Source: Gemmatimonadaceae bacterium
GTDB lineage: Bacteria > Gemmatimonadota > Gemmatimonadetes > Gemmatimonadales > Gemmatimonadaceae
Reading direction: 5' to 3'
Assembly: GCA_046598315.1 (NCBI GenBank)
Contig: JBKJIY010000079.1
Coordinates: forward strand, 4,931-68,930
Length of the DNA stretch: 64,000 bases
Positions 37,075 through 46,394 of this stretch are shown piece after piece; positions within the stretch are counted from its first letter, which is position 1, and every line of letters starts with the position of its first letter. The notes beneath the pieces are model-generated. The model saw only the letters and a program-made list of their open reading frames with translations, was not told the origin of the DNA and did not search any database. The translations under genes and the position numbers were made by a program.

Positions 37075-39184
37075 CAGATGCCACCTTGTTCGTCCCGTTG
37101 CCGTAGCGCTGGAACCAGCTCCGCAGGTAGAGCTGTGTGCGCAGGAAGTTGCTCGGCTTGGAGCTCGTGCCGTGCCACTCCTCGTTGAAGCGGATCATGG
37201 CCGTGGGGATCTTCCGCAGCTTGAGTGCGCGGTAGAACTGCTCGGTCTGCTCCATGGGTGTGCGCAGATCGTTCACACCAGTCATCAGCATGGTGGGCGT
37301 GGTCACGTTGCCCACGTACATCAGCGGCGAGCGGCGCAGATGCTCCGCCGGGTCCTGCCAGGGCAGCTTCTCGAAGTTGTAGTACCACGAGGCGCCATCC
37401 GTGGTGCCCACGAAGCTCACCCAGTTCACCACCGGGCAGTTGGATGATGCGGCGGCGAAGCGATTGGTGTGCCCGACGATCCACGCGGTGAGCACCCCAC
37501 CGCCGCTGCAGCCATGGACGAACAGATTCTTCGGATCCACGTACCCGCGACCGAGCGCCGTATCCACGCCGGCCATCAGGTCGTCGAAGTCCTTGCCCGG
37601 GTATGCGTTCTTGATCGCGTTGCCGAAGGCGCTGCCGTAGCCCGTGCTGCCGCGCGGGTTAGTGTACAGCACCACATAGCCATTGGCGGCGTGGTCCTGT
37701 CGCGCGAAGCTGAATCCCGTGTTGTACATCGCGTGCGGGCCGCCATGGATATCGAGCATGAGCGGGTATTTCCGGCTGGCGTCGAAGTCGGGAGGCTTCA
37801 CGATCCAGCCCTGGATCTTCATGCCGTCCTTCGACGTGTACCACACTTCCTCCGTCGCACCGAGCCGCTTGCCGAGCAGCACATCCTCGTTCACCGCGGT
37901 GAGCCAGCGGATTGCGGCGGGCTGTCGTACGTCGTAGGTGACGACGTCGTTGGGATGCGTCGGCGTGCTCATCACACCGACGGCGGTGCCGTTGGCGTTG
38001 ATCGAGGTGGTCGTGAGCACCTGCCTGCCGGTGGTGACCTGTCTGACCGCTCCCGTGAGCCCGGCAGCATACAGCTGTCGCGAGCCTTCGCTCTCGGCAC
38101 TGAAGTAGATCGTGCCGCCGTCGCGCGACCAGGTGATGTCGGCGGGCGCGCGGTCCCAGCTCGGCAGGAGCACGCGTGATTCCGTGCCGTCGGCGCGCAT
38201 GACGTGGAGCTTGGCGTCCACCCACGTGTCGCTCGTGGAGTCGTAGCCGGTGTAGGCGATCCACTTGCCGTCGGGCGAGGGAACCGGCTGTGTGTCTGGT
38301 CCCTTGCGCGCGGTGAGCTGTCGTACGTCGCCAGTCACGACATCCACACGATAGATGTCGGACTCACGCCACGCGTACTCCGCATCGGTCGAGCGCAGCC
38401 CGCTGAACACCAGCGTACGCGAATCGGGCATCCAGCGCGGGGCGCCGTGGTTGAAGGCGCCGCTCGTCACCTGTCGCGGCGTGCCCCCGTTGTCGGCGGC
38501 GATCACGAACACGTGCGTATTGCCGTCCTCGATGAAGCCCTGGCGATCGGCGCGGTAGTTGAGCTTCTGCACGATGCGCGGCGCTTCGGTCCACTTGGCA
38601 CCCTTGGGCATCGCCGGCATCTCGATGCGCCAGTCGTGCTTCGCCGGCACCATCATCGTGAAGGCCAGCCATTTTCCGTCGGGCGACCACTCGAGGTTCG
38701 ACGGCGGCTCCGTGAGCCGCGTGAGCTGAGTCACGGCGCCTTCGGCGTCCATCCAACGGATGTAGAGCTGAGTCAGCGGCGTCGCTGCTGCAGCACCGGC
38801 CGTCGCCGGTGCGGTGGAGGGCGGCGTGGCCGTGTAGGCGATGCGCGTCCCGTCCGGCGACCACTTCGGGCTGGCGCCATTCACGAGAAACCGCTGCCGA
38901 GTGCCATCCACCCCCATGACCCAGAGCGACGATTCCCACTTGTCGGTCGTCTTGTCCACCCAACGGCGGGTGAAGACCACTTGCCGGCCATCGGGTGAGA
39001 GTTGGGGATCCTGCACCTCCTCCCAATCGAGATAGTCGGATGTCGCCAGAAGGCCCGTTCGCCGCTCGGGTTGCGACGGCACGTCTCCCTGCTGCGCGCG
39101 CGCGGTAATGGCGACGGGTGCCAGAGCGAGTGCGGCGAATGCGAGAGATGTGGCGAGTCGGCGTGCGATCATCGAAGGCTCCAT
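37064..39184 (-). CDS. S9-family serine peptidase with a TolB-like beta-propeller N-terminal domain
   Basis: ORF 37064..39436, with the likely ATG at 39184 or 39172 (signal peptide MIARRLATSLAFAALALAPVA). It has repeated WSPDG propeller motifs and the nucleophile motif HGCSGGG. Confidence 0.88.
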   Translation of the reverse strand: MEPSMIARRLATSLAFAALALAPVAITARAQQGDVPSQPERRTGLLATSDYLDWEEVQDPQLSPDGRQVVFTRRWVDKTTDKWESSLWVMGVDGTRQRFLVNGASPKWSPDGTRIAYTATPPSTAPATAGAAAATPLTQLYIRWMDAEGAVTQLTRLTEPPSNLEWSPDGKWLAFTMMVPAKHDWRIEMPAMPKGAKWTEAPRIVQKLNYRADRQGFIEDGNTHVFVIAADNGGTPRQVTSGAFNHGAPRWMPDSRTLVFSGLRSTDAEYAWRESDIYRVDVVTGDVRQLTARKGPDTQPVPSPDGKWIAYTGYDSTSDTWVDAKLHVMRADGTESRVLLPSWDRAPADITWSRDGGTIYFSAESEGSRQLYAAGLTGAVRQVTTGRQVLTTTSINANGTAVGVMSTPTHPNDVVTYDVRQPAAIRWLTAVNEDVLLGKRLGATEEVWYTSKDGMKIQGWIVKPPDFDASRKYPLMLDIHGGPHAMYNTGFSFARQDHAANGYVVLYTNPRGSTGYGSAFGNAIKNAYPGKDFDDLMAGVDTALGRGYVDPKNLFVHGCSGGGVLTAWIVGHTNRFAAASSNCPVVNWVSFVGTTDGASWYYNFEKLPWQDPAEHLRRSPLMYVGNVTTPTMLMTGVNDLRTPMEQTEQFYRALKLRKIPTAMIRFNEEWHGTSSKPSNFLRTQLYLRSWFQRYGNGTNKVASGGE

Positions 39185-39310
39185 GGACGGGAAAGGCGCG
39201 GGCTGCTCTACGGTGCAACCGACGCCGCGCGGGCGCCAGAGGATGCGGCCGTTTTTGTTCCGATCGCTGGATTCCTCCTCCTGCCTTGTCTCGTTGCCCT
39301 CGACATCAAA

Positions 39311-39407
39311 AGCGTGAGGAACGGATTCAACGAATTTCTCACAAGAACTGCCGGATCGAGCACACCTCCGGCCGTTTCCGATTAATCGGTGGATCCGTGC
39401 CTTCGCT
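39311..39407 (+). repeat. Copy A of the ~100-bp inverted-repeat intergenic element family
   Basis: The left end agcgtgaggaacggat (39311-39326) is identical to the left end of copy C. It has the central ccggatcgag. The right end atccgtgccttcgct (39393-39407) is an imperfect inverted repeat. Confidence 0.7.
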
Positions 39408-39557
39408 CTGGGTGGTTCAGTCGTGATCCACATCAAGAAGTGTGAGCGTTCTCGCGCATCGAGTTACTTCCTCTCGCCGCCGCCCCGCCGAGATCGTATC
39501 TTCGGCATCGCTCCGCAGGGAGCATCGCCCCAGTCGCGCCGTCCCTCTTCGAACGCC

Positions 39558-40622
39558 ATGTCCCGCTCATTTCGTATCTACTGCGCCTCGCTCACCAGCC
39601 TCGCGCTGTGCGCCGCTCCCGCTCGTGCCCAGGAGCCGGCCGCCTGGGGCACTCCGCTCGATTTCGCCACCTTCTCCATCGCTGCCGTGGACCGTCGTAC
39701 CGGCGAGACGGGTGTGGCCGTGACCACGCGCGTGCCCTGCGTGGGGAATGGCGTGCCGTGGGTCCGAGCCGGCGTGGGTGCCGTGGCCACGCAGGCCAAC
39801 ACGCGCACCGAATTCGGCGCGGAGATCCTCGACCTCATGGCCGCCGGCGCGTCGCCCGAGGATGCGCTCCGGCGCGTCCTCGCCGCGGATACCGGCTCGC
39901 GAAGCCGGCAAGTGGGCGTCGTCGCGATCGACGGACGTGCCGCCAACTTCACCGGCGCCGGGACCACCCAATGGGCGGGCGGCAGAAAGGGCGTGAATTT
40001 CACCACCCAGGGGAATCTCCTCGTCAGCGGTGCGACGATCGACGCCGTCGCCGCCAACTTCGAAGCGAGCGAGGGATCGCCTCGCCATCTCGCCGACCGG
40101 CTGATCGACGCCGTCGCCGCCGGCCACGCCGCCGGCGGCGACGCCCGCAAGGGACGCGCGCAGTCGGCCGCCGTGGTCATCGCCGATCCCCGTGCCGGCC
40201 GCTCGCGACGCGCCGACAGGATCACCGCGTTCATCAACGTCTGCGAGCATCCGGAGCCGGTCGCCGAACTGCGCCGCATCTACAATACCATTTCGCAGAC
40301 GCTCGGCTTCCGCACGCTGGAGCAGCAGAGCGGCAACGATGTGTGGCAGCTCAAGGTCATGCTGCACGCGCTCGGCTTCTACCGCCCTTCCGACGCGCCG
40401 CGACTGGTGCGCGACTCGCTGGCCACGCAGTACACGGGTGACGTGATCCCGGCCGTCAACGCCTTCCGCGCCGCCGAGCAGCTCGCTGGCCCCTCGCTGG
40501 GCTCGCCCTCGGGCCTGGTGGACCGCGAGACGGTCGACCGGCTGTGGGCGGCACTCGACCGCGCAGGGAAGATGCGCGCGGTGCGCGAGGAACTGCTCGA
40601 TCTCACCGCCGTCCGCCGCTAG
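39558..40622 (+). CDS. DUF1028 (Ntn-hydrolase-like) protein fused to a C-terminal peptidoglycan-binding domain, secreted
   Basis: The ATG at 39558 gives signal peptide MSRSFRIYCASLTSLALCAAPARAQ. ATFSIAAVDRRTGETGVAVTT is the DUF1028 N-terminus. The C-terminal LKVMLHALGFY...YTGDVIPAVNAFR...LVDRETVDRLW is PG_binding_1-like. Confidence 0.78.
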   Translation: MSRSFRIYCASLTSLALCAAPARAQEPAAWGTPLDFATFSIAAVDRRTGETGVAVTTRVPCVGNGVPWVRAGVGAVATQANTRTEFGAEILDLMAAGASPEDALRRVLAADTGSRSRQVGVVAIDGRAANFTGAGTTQWAGGRKGVNFTTQGNLLVSGATIDAVAANFEASEGSPRHLADRLIDAVAAGHAAGGDARKGRAQSAAVVIADPRAGRSRRADRITAFINVCEHPEPVAELRRIYNTISQTLGFRTLEQQSGNDVWQLKVMLHALGFYRPSDAPRLVRDSLATQYTGDVIPAVNAFRAAEQLAGPSLGSPSGLVDRETVDRLWAALDRAGKMRAVREELLDLTAVRR

Positions 40623-40632
40623 GGAGCCGCGA

Positions 40633-40839
40633 ATGTCGCACAGCGGACCGATCTTCGACGGCACCCCGATGCGCGAATCACCGCGCGCCCGGTCAGTGCG
40701 CGTGGCCAAGGCGGGCGCGAGCTTCGGCTCGGCGCTGGCCATCACCATCTCATGGAGCGTGCACCACTCCATTCTCTGGGCGATCGTCCACGGGTTCCTC
40801 TCGTGGTTCTACGTCGTCTATTACGCCTTGACGCGCTAG
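40633..40839 (+). CDS. Small membrane protein, hypothetical
   Basis: 68 aa. The C-terminal two-helix hydrophobic segment is ALAITISWSVHHSILWAIVHGFLSWFYVVYY. It sits tightly between flanking genes. Confidence 0.5.
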   Translation: MSHSGPIFDGTPMRESPRARSVRVAKAGASFGSALAITISWSVHHSILWAIVHGFLSWFYVVYYALTR

Positions 40840-40841
40840 CC

Positions 40842-42953
40842 ATGCGGATCCGTCGTACGCCGCCTTCTCGACGACTCCCGCCCTGGACCGCTGGCGTCCT
40901 CGTTGTCGCCATGCTCGCGCCGTCGCTCGTTGCCGCACAGCAGCGCTCCACGTCGTCCGCCGACGCCACGCTCGTGCTTGGCCAGTGGATCGCTCTCCAC
41001 GCACCACCGGGCGAGGAACGCAGCGCCACGTCGGTGATCCGCGCATCCAGCGCGCGATGGGTGCAGGACGACCAGGGCAACCTGATCCGCCGCACGGGCA
41101 CTGGAAGTCCGCGCCGCGTGATCGCGTGCGGGATCGACCATCCGGGCTACGTCGTCAGCGCCATCACCGAGTCCGGCTATTTGCGCCTGCACCGCGCCGG
41201 CAGCGCGCCCGTCCATCCGCTCTGGGACCAGTCGCATCAGGCGCAGCAGATCCTCGTGCACTCGGCCAACGGCGTGGTGCCTGGCGTCGTGGCGATCACC
41301 AACGGCCACTTCAGTCGGCAGCATCGCGCCGACACTGCCGTCGCCAACGTTGACCAGCTCTGGGTGGACGTGGGCGCGCGCTCGCGGGCCGAGGTGGCCG
41401 CGCTCGGCATTCAACTGATCGACCCGGTCGCGCGCGATCTGCCTGCATGGGAGTACGCCGGCCATGTGGCAGGACCCGATGCCAGTGGACGCGCCGGTTG
41501 TGCGGCACTCGCCGCCGTGGCGCCCACTCCCGTGGCGCAGCGCGAGGGCGAGATGGTGTTCGTCATCTCCGCGCTCCGCAGCTTCGGCTGGACGGGGCTG
41601 GACGGGGTGCTCGGCCGCCTCGGAGCCATCGATCACCTCACCCTGGTCACGCCGGCCCCGCTCGGCGCCATCGGCACGGTCGCGGTGCGGCAGGCACGTA
41701 TCGCGCGTCCCGCGTCGCTCGCGAACGCGACGGTGGATTCCGTGAGCACGCTCTCAGTGCGCGCGCGCCTGGCGGGCACCACCATGGAGAGCGTCCGCGT
41801 GGACGATGCCGACGCGCTCCGCCGCAGTCTGGCCACGCTCGCCGGCGCCGACTCGGCGCGCGCCGGATGGGTGTCGATCGACGTCCCGCTCGTTCCCCCG
41901 GCGGCACGGCGCGACTCGCTCTCGAATCTCGCCGAAACGCTGCGCCAGCTCGCCGACCTGCCTGGCGTACCGAGTCAGGAGTTTCGCGTGCGCGACGCGG
42001 TGCACTCGATGCTGCCCGCCTGGGCGCGATCACGCGCCGTCGTCGATTCCGCGGGCAACCTGTATGTGGCCGTGGGGCCGGCACGCGACACGACCGTCGT
42101 CGTCGCTCACATGGATGAGGTGGCGTACACCGTTGCCGCCATCCGGCACGATGGCTCCGTCGTCCTCACCGCGATGGGCGGGGCCGTGGCACCGGCGTGG
42201 GAGGGACAACCGGCCCTGTTGCACTTCGAGGCCGATTCCGGTGACAGTGCGGAGGAGCCGTTGCGTGGGGTCTTCATGGCGCGCGATACGGCGAGCGTGC
42301 GCACGCCACGCGCGATGTCCGCCTGGTTCGGGCTCGATTCCACGGCGCTCGTGGCAAGGGGAGTACGCACAGGACAGGGCGTCACCGCGTACAAGCGCGC
42401 GCAACGCCTGGGAGCCACGCGGTTCACCGGGCGCGCACTGGACGACCGCGCGGGCACCGCGGCGCTCCTTGCCGCGCTGGCCGGTCTCGACACCACCCGC
42501 CTCGACCACACCGTCATCTTCGCCTGGTCCACGCACGAGGAGGGCGGGCTGCTCGGATCGCGGGCCCTCGCTCGATCGCTCGGCGCGAGCGTGCGCCGCG
42601 TGTACGCCGTGGACACCTTCGTCTCGTCGGATACGCCGCTCGAGCTCCCGACGTTTGCCTTCGCGCCGCTGGGCAACGGTCCGGTGCTCCGTGCCCTCGA
42701 CGACGGCTCCGTGACCTCGCGGGCGGAGCGGGAGCGGGTGCTGCGTGCGGCGCGCACGGCGGGCGTGCCGGTGCAGGTGGGCACCACGCACGGCAGCACC
42801 GACGCCGGCGCCTTCACGCATTGGGGCGCCGTGGGTGCGGGGCTGAGCTGGCCCGGGCGCTATAGCCACTCGCCCGGCGAGGTGCTGGACCTGCGCGACC
42901 TCGCCGCGCTGGCGAAGCTCATCCGGGGGGTCGCGAGCCAACCGACCCGCTGA
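40842..42953 (+). CDS. Secreted tandem M42-like (clan MH) peptidase. The N-terminal copy is degenerate and the C-terminal copy intact.
   Basis: ATG at 40842 with a signal peptide. The C-terminal half has VVAHMDEVAY, LDDRAG, STHEEGGLLG and GSTDAG. The N-terminal half has the same layout but with ACGIDHPGYV and PDASGRAG in place of the metal ligands. Confidence 0.7.
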   Translation: MRIRRTPPSRRLPPWTAGVLVVAMLAPSLVAAQQRSTSSADATLVLGQWIALHAPPGEERSATSVIRASSARWVQDDQGNLIRRTGTGSPRRVIACGIDHPGYVVSAITESGYLRLHRAGSAPVHPLWDQSHQAQQILVHSANGVVPGVVAITNGHFSRQHRADTAVANVDQLWVDVGARSRAEVAALGIQLIDPVARDLPAWEYAGHVAGPDASGRAGCAALAAVAPTPVAQREGEMVFVISALRSFGWTGLDGVLGRLGAIDHLTLVTPAPLGAIGTVAVRQARIARPASLANATVDSVSTLSVRARLAGTTMESVRVDDADALRRSLATLAGADSARAGWVSIDVPLVPPAARRDSLSNLAETLRQLADLPGVPSQEFRVRDAVHSMLPAWARSRAVVDSAGNLYVAVGPARDTTVVVAHMDEVAYTVAAIRHDGSVVLTAMGGAVAPAWEGQPALLHFEADSGDSAEEPLRGVFMARDTASVRTPRAMSAWFGLDSTALVARGVRTGQGVTAYKRAQRLGATRFTGRALDDRAGTAALLAALAGLDTTRLDHTVIFAWSTHEEGGLLGSRALARSLGASVRRVYAVDTFVSSDTPLELPTFAFAPLGNGPVLRALDDGSVTSRAERERVLRAARTAGVPVQVGTTHGSTDAGAFTHWGAVGAGLSWPGRYSHSPGEVLDLRDLAALAKLIRGVASQPTR

Positions 42954-43020
42954 TCGAATCATTCTCCGCCCTGTTCCCGTAGTGATCGAGTAGCTCTTTC
43001 ACTCATGTGAGGCGCTCTCC

Positions 43021-43224
43021 GTGCAATTCTCCGTCATCGCGCTCAACGTGCTCTACGCCGTCATCGGCGTCGTGATCATGTTCGTCGCCTATCGCGTCAT
43101 CGACCGGCTCACTCCCGAAGTGGATTTCCCCGCCGAGCTGCACAAGGGCAACGTGGCCGTGGCCATCTTCATCGCGGCGATCTTCCTTTCCATCGCCCTG
43201 ATCATCGGCAAGGCGCTCGGCTGA
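43021..43224 (+). CDS. DUF350-family small membrane protein
   Basis: 67 aa with a GTG start and two TM helices. VIDRLTP..D...L..GNVAVAI is the characteristic motif. 1-nt overlap with the next gene. Confidence 0.7.
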   Translation: MQFSVIALNVLYAVIGVVIMFVAYRVIDRLTPEVDFPAELHKGNVAVAIFIAAIFLSIALIIGKALG

Positions 43225-43889
43225 TGTCACGCACGGCGCGGCTCCTCTCCGGGTTGCTCGTGCTCTGGATGCTCGTGCCGAGCGCGAGCGCGGGAGCGCA
43301 GGGCGCGGCCGATCGGGCCAGGGCGAAGCTGCGCGCCGCGGCCACGTCCGTCGGCAGGGCGGCCGAGGCGCAGCAGGCCCGCAAGGCCACCGAGCGATAC
43401 GATCCCATCTTCCGCAAGTACACCAAGCGGTACTTCGGCATCGGCACAGACTGGCGGCTGTTCAAGGCGCAGGGCATGGCCGAAAGCGACCTGACGCCCA
43501 CGGCGCGGAGTCGAGTCGGCGCGCGGGGCATCATGCAGCTCATGCCAGCCACCTATGGGCTGATCCAGTCGGCGCTGCCGCAGTTCGGTGCGATCGACAA
43601 CCCGGAGTGGAACATCGCCGCCGGCATTCTCCACGATCGCGATCTGTGGCATACCTGGAAGAAGGATGTCCCCGACGAGCAGCGCTGGGATTTCGTCTTT
43701 GCCGGCTACAATGCGGGCGAGGGTACGATCAGGCGGGCGCGCCGCACCGCGGCGGCCGCGCGGCTCGACGACTGGAGCTGGCAGAGCATCGAGCAGGTGG
43801 CGCCCACGGTGCAGCGGTGGCGCTATCTCGAGACCCTGGGCTACGTGCGGCGCATCAGAGCCAATCACCGCGCGATGCCCGACCGGTGA
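43224..43889 (+). CDS. Lytic transglycosylase (SLT domain)
   Basis: It has a signal peptide plus the catalytic and structural motifs AQGMAESDL, GIMQLMPATYG and AGYNAGEG. Confidence 0.85.
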   Translation: MSRTARLLSGLLVLWMLVPSASAGAQGAADRARAKLRAAATSVGRAAEAQQARKATERYDPIFRKYTKRYFGIGTDWRLFKAQGMAESDLTPTARSRVGARGIMQLMPATYGLIQSALPQFGAIDNPEWNIAAGILHDRDLWHTWKKDVPDEQRWDFVFAGYNAGEGTIRRARRTAAAARLDDWSWQSIEQVAPTVQRWRYLETLGYVRRIRANHRAMPDR

Positions 43890-43908
43890 CTCGCGCGTAG
43901 ACTGCGGC

Positions 43909-44607
43909 ATGAAGCTGCTCAAGTATCTGGCAAATCTCGGCTACGGCACTCGGCGCGACGTGGAGCGCATGCTGCGCGAGCGGCGCGTGACGCGTGCCGA
44001 TGGCTCGGTGCTGCGTGAGGGCGATGTATTCACCCACGACGACCTACGCGTCGATACCATGCCTCTCGACGCGCCGCCGGGCTCGCTCGTCATGCTGCAC
44101 AAGCCTGCTGGATATGTGTGCTCCACGCGCGACGCGAGCCGGCTGATCTACGAGCTGCTTCCGCCCCGATTCACGCAACGCTCGCCGGTGATGGCCCCGG
44201 TCGGACGCCTCGATCGCGACACGTCCGGCCTGCTCATCGTCACCGACGACGGCCAGCTGAATCACCGCATCACCTCGCCGCGCCGGCATCTCGCCAAGAC
44301 GTACGAGGCGCGGCTCGCCAGCGACCTGCGCGGCGACGAAGAAGAGATATTTGCCGGTGGCACCCTGCTCCTCGACGGAGAGCCTGCGCCGCTCGCACCG
44401 GCTCGGCTCGAGATCGTCTCGTCCCGCGAGGCGCGCCTGACCATCACCGAGGGTCGATATCACCAGGTGCGGCGCATGTTCGCCGCGGTGGGGAATCACG
44501 TGACCGCGCTTCACCGCAGCGCCATCGGGGGATTGGAGCTCGGCGACCTCGAGCCGGCTGCATGGCGGCTCCTCGACACCACGGACGTGGATCGCCTGTT
44601 CGCGTGA
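43909..44607 (+). CDS. RsuA/RluB-family pseudouridine synthase (RsuA-sized)
   Basis: The ATG at 43909 gives a 232-aa product. It has an S4-like N-terminus KYLANLGYGTRRDVERML and the catalytic motif GRLDRDTSGLLIVTDDG. Confidence 0.88.
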   Translation: MKLLKYLANLGYGTRRDVERMLRERRVTRADGSVLREGDVFTHDDLRVDTMPLDAPPGSLVMLHKPAGYVCSTRDASRLIYELLPPRFTQRSPVMAPVGRLDRDTSGLLIVTDDGQLNHRITSPRRHLAKTYEARLASDLRGDEEEIFAGGTLLLDGEPAPLAPARLEIVSSREARLTITEGRYHQVRRMFAAVGNHVTALHRSAIGGLELGDLEPAAWRLLDTTDVDRLFA

Positions 44608-44619
44608 GCAGGCGCGCCG

Positions 44620-45825
44620 TTACCTGGTGGCGGTCAGCACCTTGAAGCGGGGTCCGTCGTGCAGGTTGACGATGTTCCCGAAGCGGCGCGAAATCACCTG
44701 CTCGTAGGGCAGCGTGCGGTTGGCCACCAGATACAGGCGTCCGCCGGGGTTGAGCACCTGCCACGCATCCTCGATGAACTGCAGCGGCACGTCGAGCGCC
44801 GTCGTCTTACCTACATGGAACGGCGGGTTCGTCACCACCACGTCGAACCGCTCGCCGAGCACGGCGGAGGCGATATCGCTGGCCAGCGCGCGGTAGCGCG
44901 TCACGCCGTTGGCAGCTGCTGAGCGTGCCGCCGAGCGCACCGCCTCCACGTCGGCGTCGAGCATCGTGAGCTCGCCGGTGCCCGAGAGACCCGCGGCGAC
45001 GATCCCCAGCGCGCCCCCGCCGCAACCCAGGTCGAGCACGGATTCCCCCGCGCTCACCTGCATCGTCTCGGCGAGGATCTGCGTCGCCTCGTCCACATGC
45101 TCCCACGAGAAGATGCCGGGCCTGGTGAACAGCCGGCACTCTCGGCCCCGCAATGTGGACGACAGCTCGTGGAACGCATCAGGATGCACGTACGGGTTTG
45201 CCAGCTCTGCATCGGCACCCGGCGCCTCGCCTCGTTTGCTCGCCACGACGAGCCGGTGCGTGCTGTCGCGGGCGAGCACGATCGCGCTGCCGAACAGCTT
45301 CTCCAGCGTACGCGTCGCCGTCTTGATCCCCTCGTTCGTGGCCCCGGCGATATAGCACTTGCCGCCCACGTGGAGGACGCGAAACGCGTCGTGGAGAAGC
45401 TGGAGCAACGCGAGCCGCTCCTGCGGGATCCGGATGGCTACCACGTCGGCACGGAACTCAGCTGGCAAGCCCGATGCGCCGTGCGCGAGCTGCACGTCTC
45501 CTGTCGTCACGACACTCGCTGCGAGGGTGCGGGTGGCCGACTCCACTGAGAGCACGTTTCGGTCGGTGAGCCTCACACGCGAGGCGCCGTCGCGAACGGA
45601 CGCCACGGCAGCGAACAGCCCATTGCCGCAGTTCATGCCGAGCGCCAGGTCGCCGGCCGAGACGCGCACGCGCTCGGACAGCAGCAGCACAGAGGGATCG
45701 AGACGGCCGTGCGCCACCACACCCGGCTTGGTGGCGACCGGAAAATTGGTGCCCGCGACCTTTACGGAGACCTGCTGCCACTGGTGGTAGTCCACGCCGC
45801 CGTGCGTCCTTCTGTCTGCTGCCAT
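44620..45825 (-). CDS. RsmC/RlmG-like rRNA (guanine-N2) methyltransferase with tandem MTase folds
   Basis: 401 aa. It has the SAM motif VLDLGCGGGALG and the catalytic motif VVTNPPFHVG. Confidence 0.85.
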   Translation of the reverse strand: MAADRRTHGGVDYHQWQQVSVKVAGTNFPVATKPGVVAHGRLDPSVLLLSERVRVSAGDLALGMNCGNGLFAAVASVRDGASRVRLTDRNVLSVESATRTLAASVVTTGDVQLAHGASGLPAEFRADVVAIRIPQERLALLQLLHDAFRVLHVGGKCYIAGATNEGIKTATRTLEKLFGSAIVLARDSTHRLVVASKRGEAPGADAELANPYVHPDAFHELSSTLRGRECRLFTRPGIFSWEHVDEATQILAETMQVSAGESVLDLGCGGGALGIVAAGLSGTGELTMLDADVEAVRSAARSAAANGVTRYRALASDIASAVLGERFDVVVTNPPFHVGKTTALDVPLQFIEDAWQVLNPGGRLYLVANRTLPYEQVISRRFGNIVNLHDGPRFKVLTATR

Positions 45826-45917
45826 TCGGCAAAACTAATGCGCGAGGAGGAGGCGACCCCCGTCGTGCGCCCCGGGTGGCAGCGCGACTCGTCTTGGATT
45901 CCTGGGGACGCCGTGCG

Positions 45918-46373
45918 CTAGCGCGCTGGCACGGCGCGGAACTGTCCGGCGACTCGCTGCGGGACGCCCGTGCTGTCGGAGGGAAAGGTGATCGTCCACA
46001 GCCCCGTGATGGTACCGTCCACCCCGATGACGCCGGTGTGGTGAAAGCGAGCGTTATCGAAGTCGAAGCGGATCGCCCGACCGGCGTCGACTGTTCCTAT
46101 CACCGAGCCGACACAGTCGACGATCGCGGCCGGCGAGGTGAGCGTGGACTGACATTGACCAGGAAGTCGGTAGGACCCCCCCGCTGTGTCGTCGGCTCCA
46201 TCCTGGAGGCGCAAGACACCACGCAGCACTGGTTGATTGCCGTCGAGAAAGATCGCGGTGTAGTCATAGATGCCACCGACCAACACTCGGGACTGCGGCT
46301 CGCTGAGGCGAGTGGCGCAGCTCGTCGTGATGATGAGCAACGCAGCGGTACAGAAGCGGGGGAGAGGTCGCAT
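45918..46373 (-). CDS. Hypothetical small lipoprotein, last gene of the repeat-protein module
   Basis: 151 aa. The N-terminus is MRPLPRFCTAALLIITTSC. It starts 21 nt downstream of the 46395-48848 gene. No family recognised. Confidence 0.55.
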   Translation of the reverse strand: MRPLPRFCTAALLIITTSCATRLSEPQSRVLVGGIYDYTAIFLDGNQPVLRGVLRLQDGADDTAGGSYRLPGQCQSTLTSPAAIVDCVGSVIGTVDAGRAIRFDFDNARFHHTGVIGVDGTITGLWTITFPSDSTGVPQRVAGQFRAVPAR

Positions 46374-46394
46374 ATCGGAACGATCGGAGAAGGG

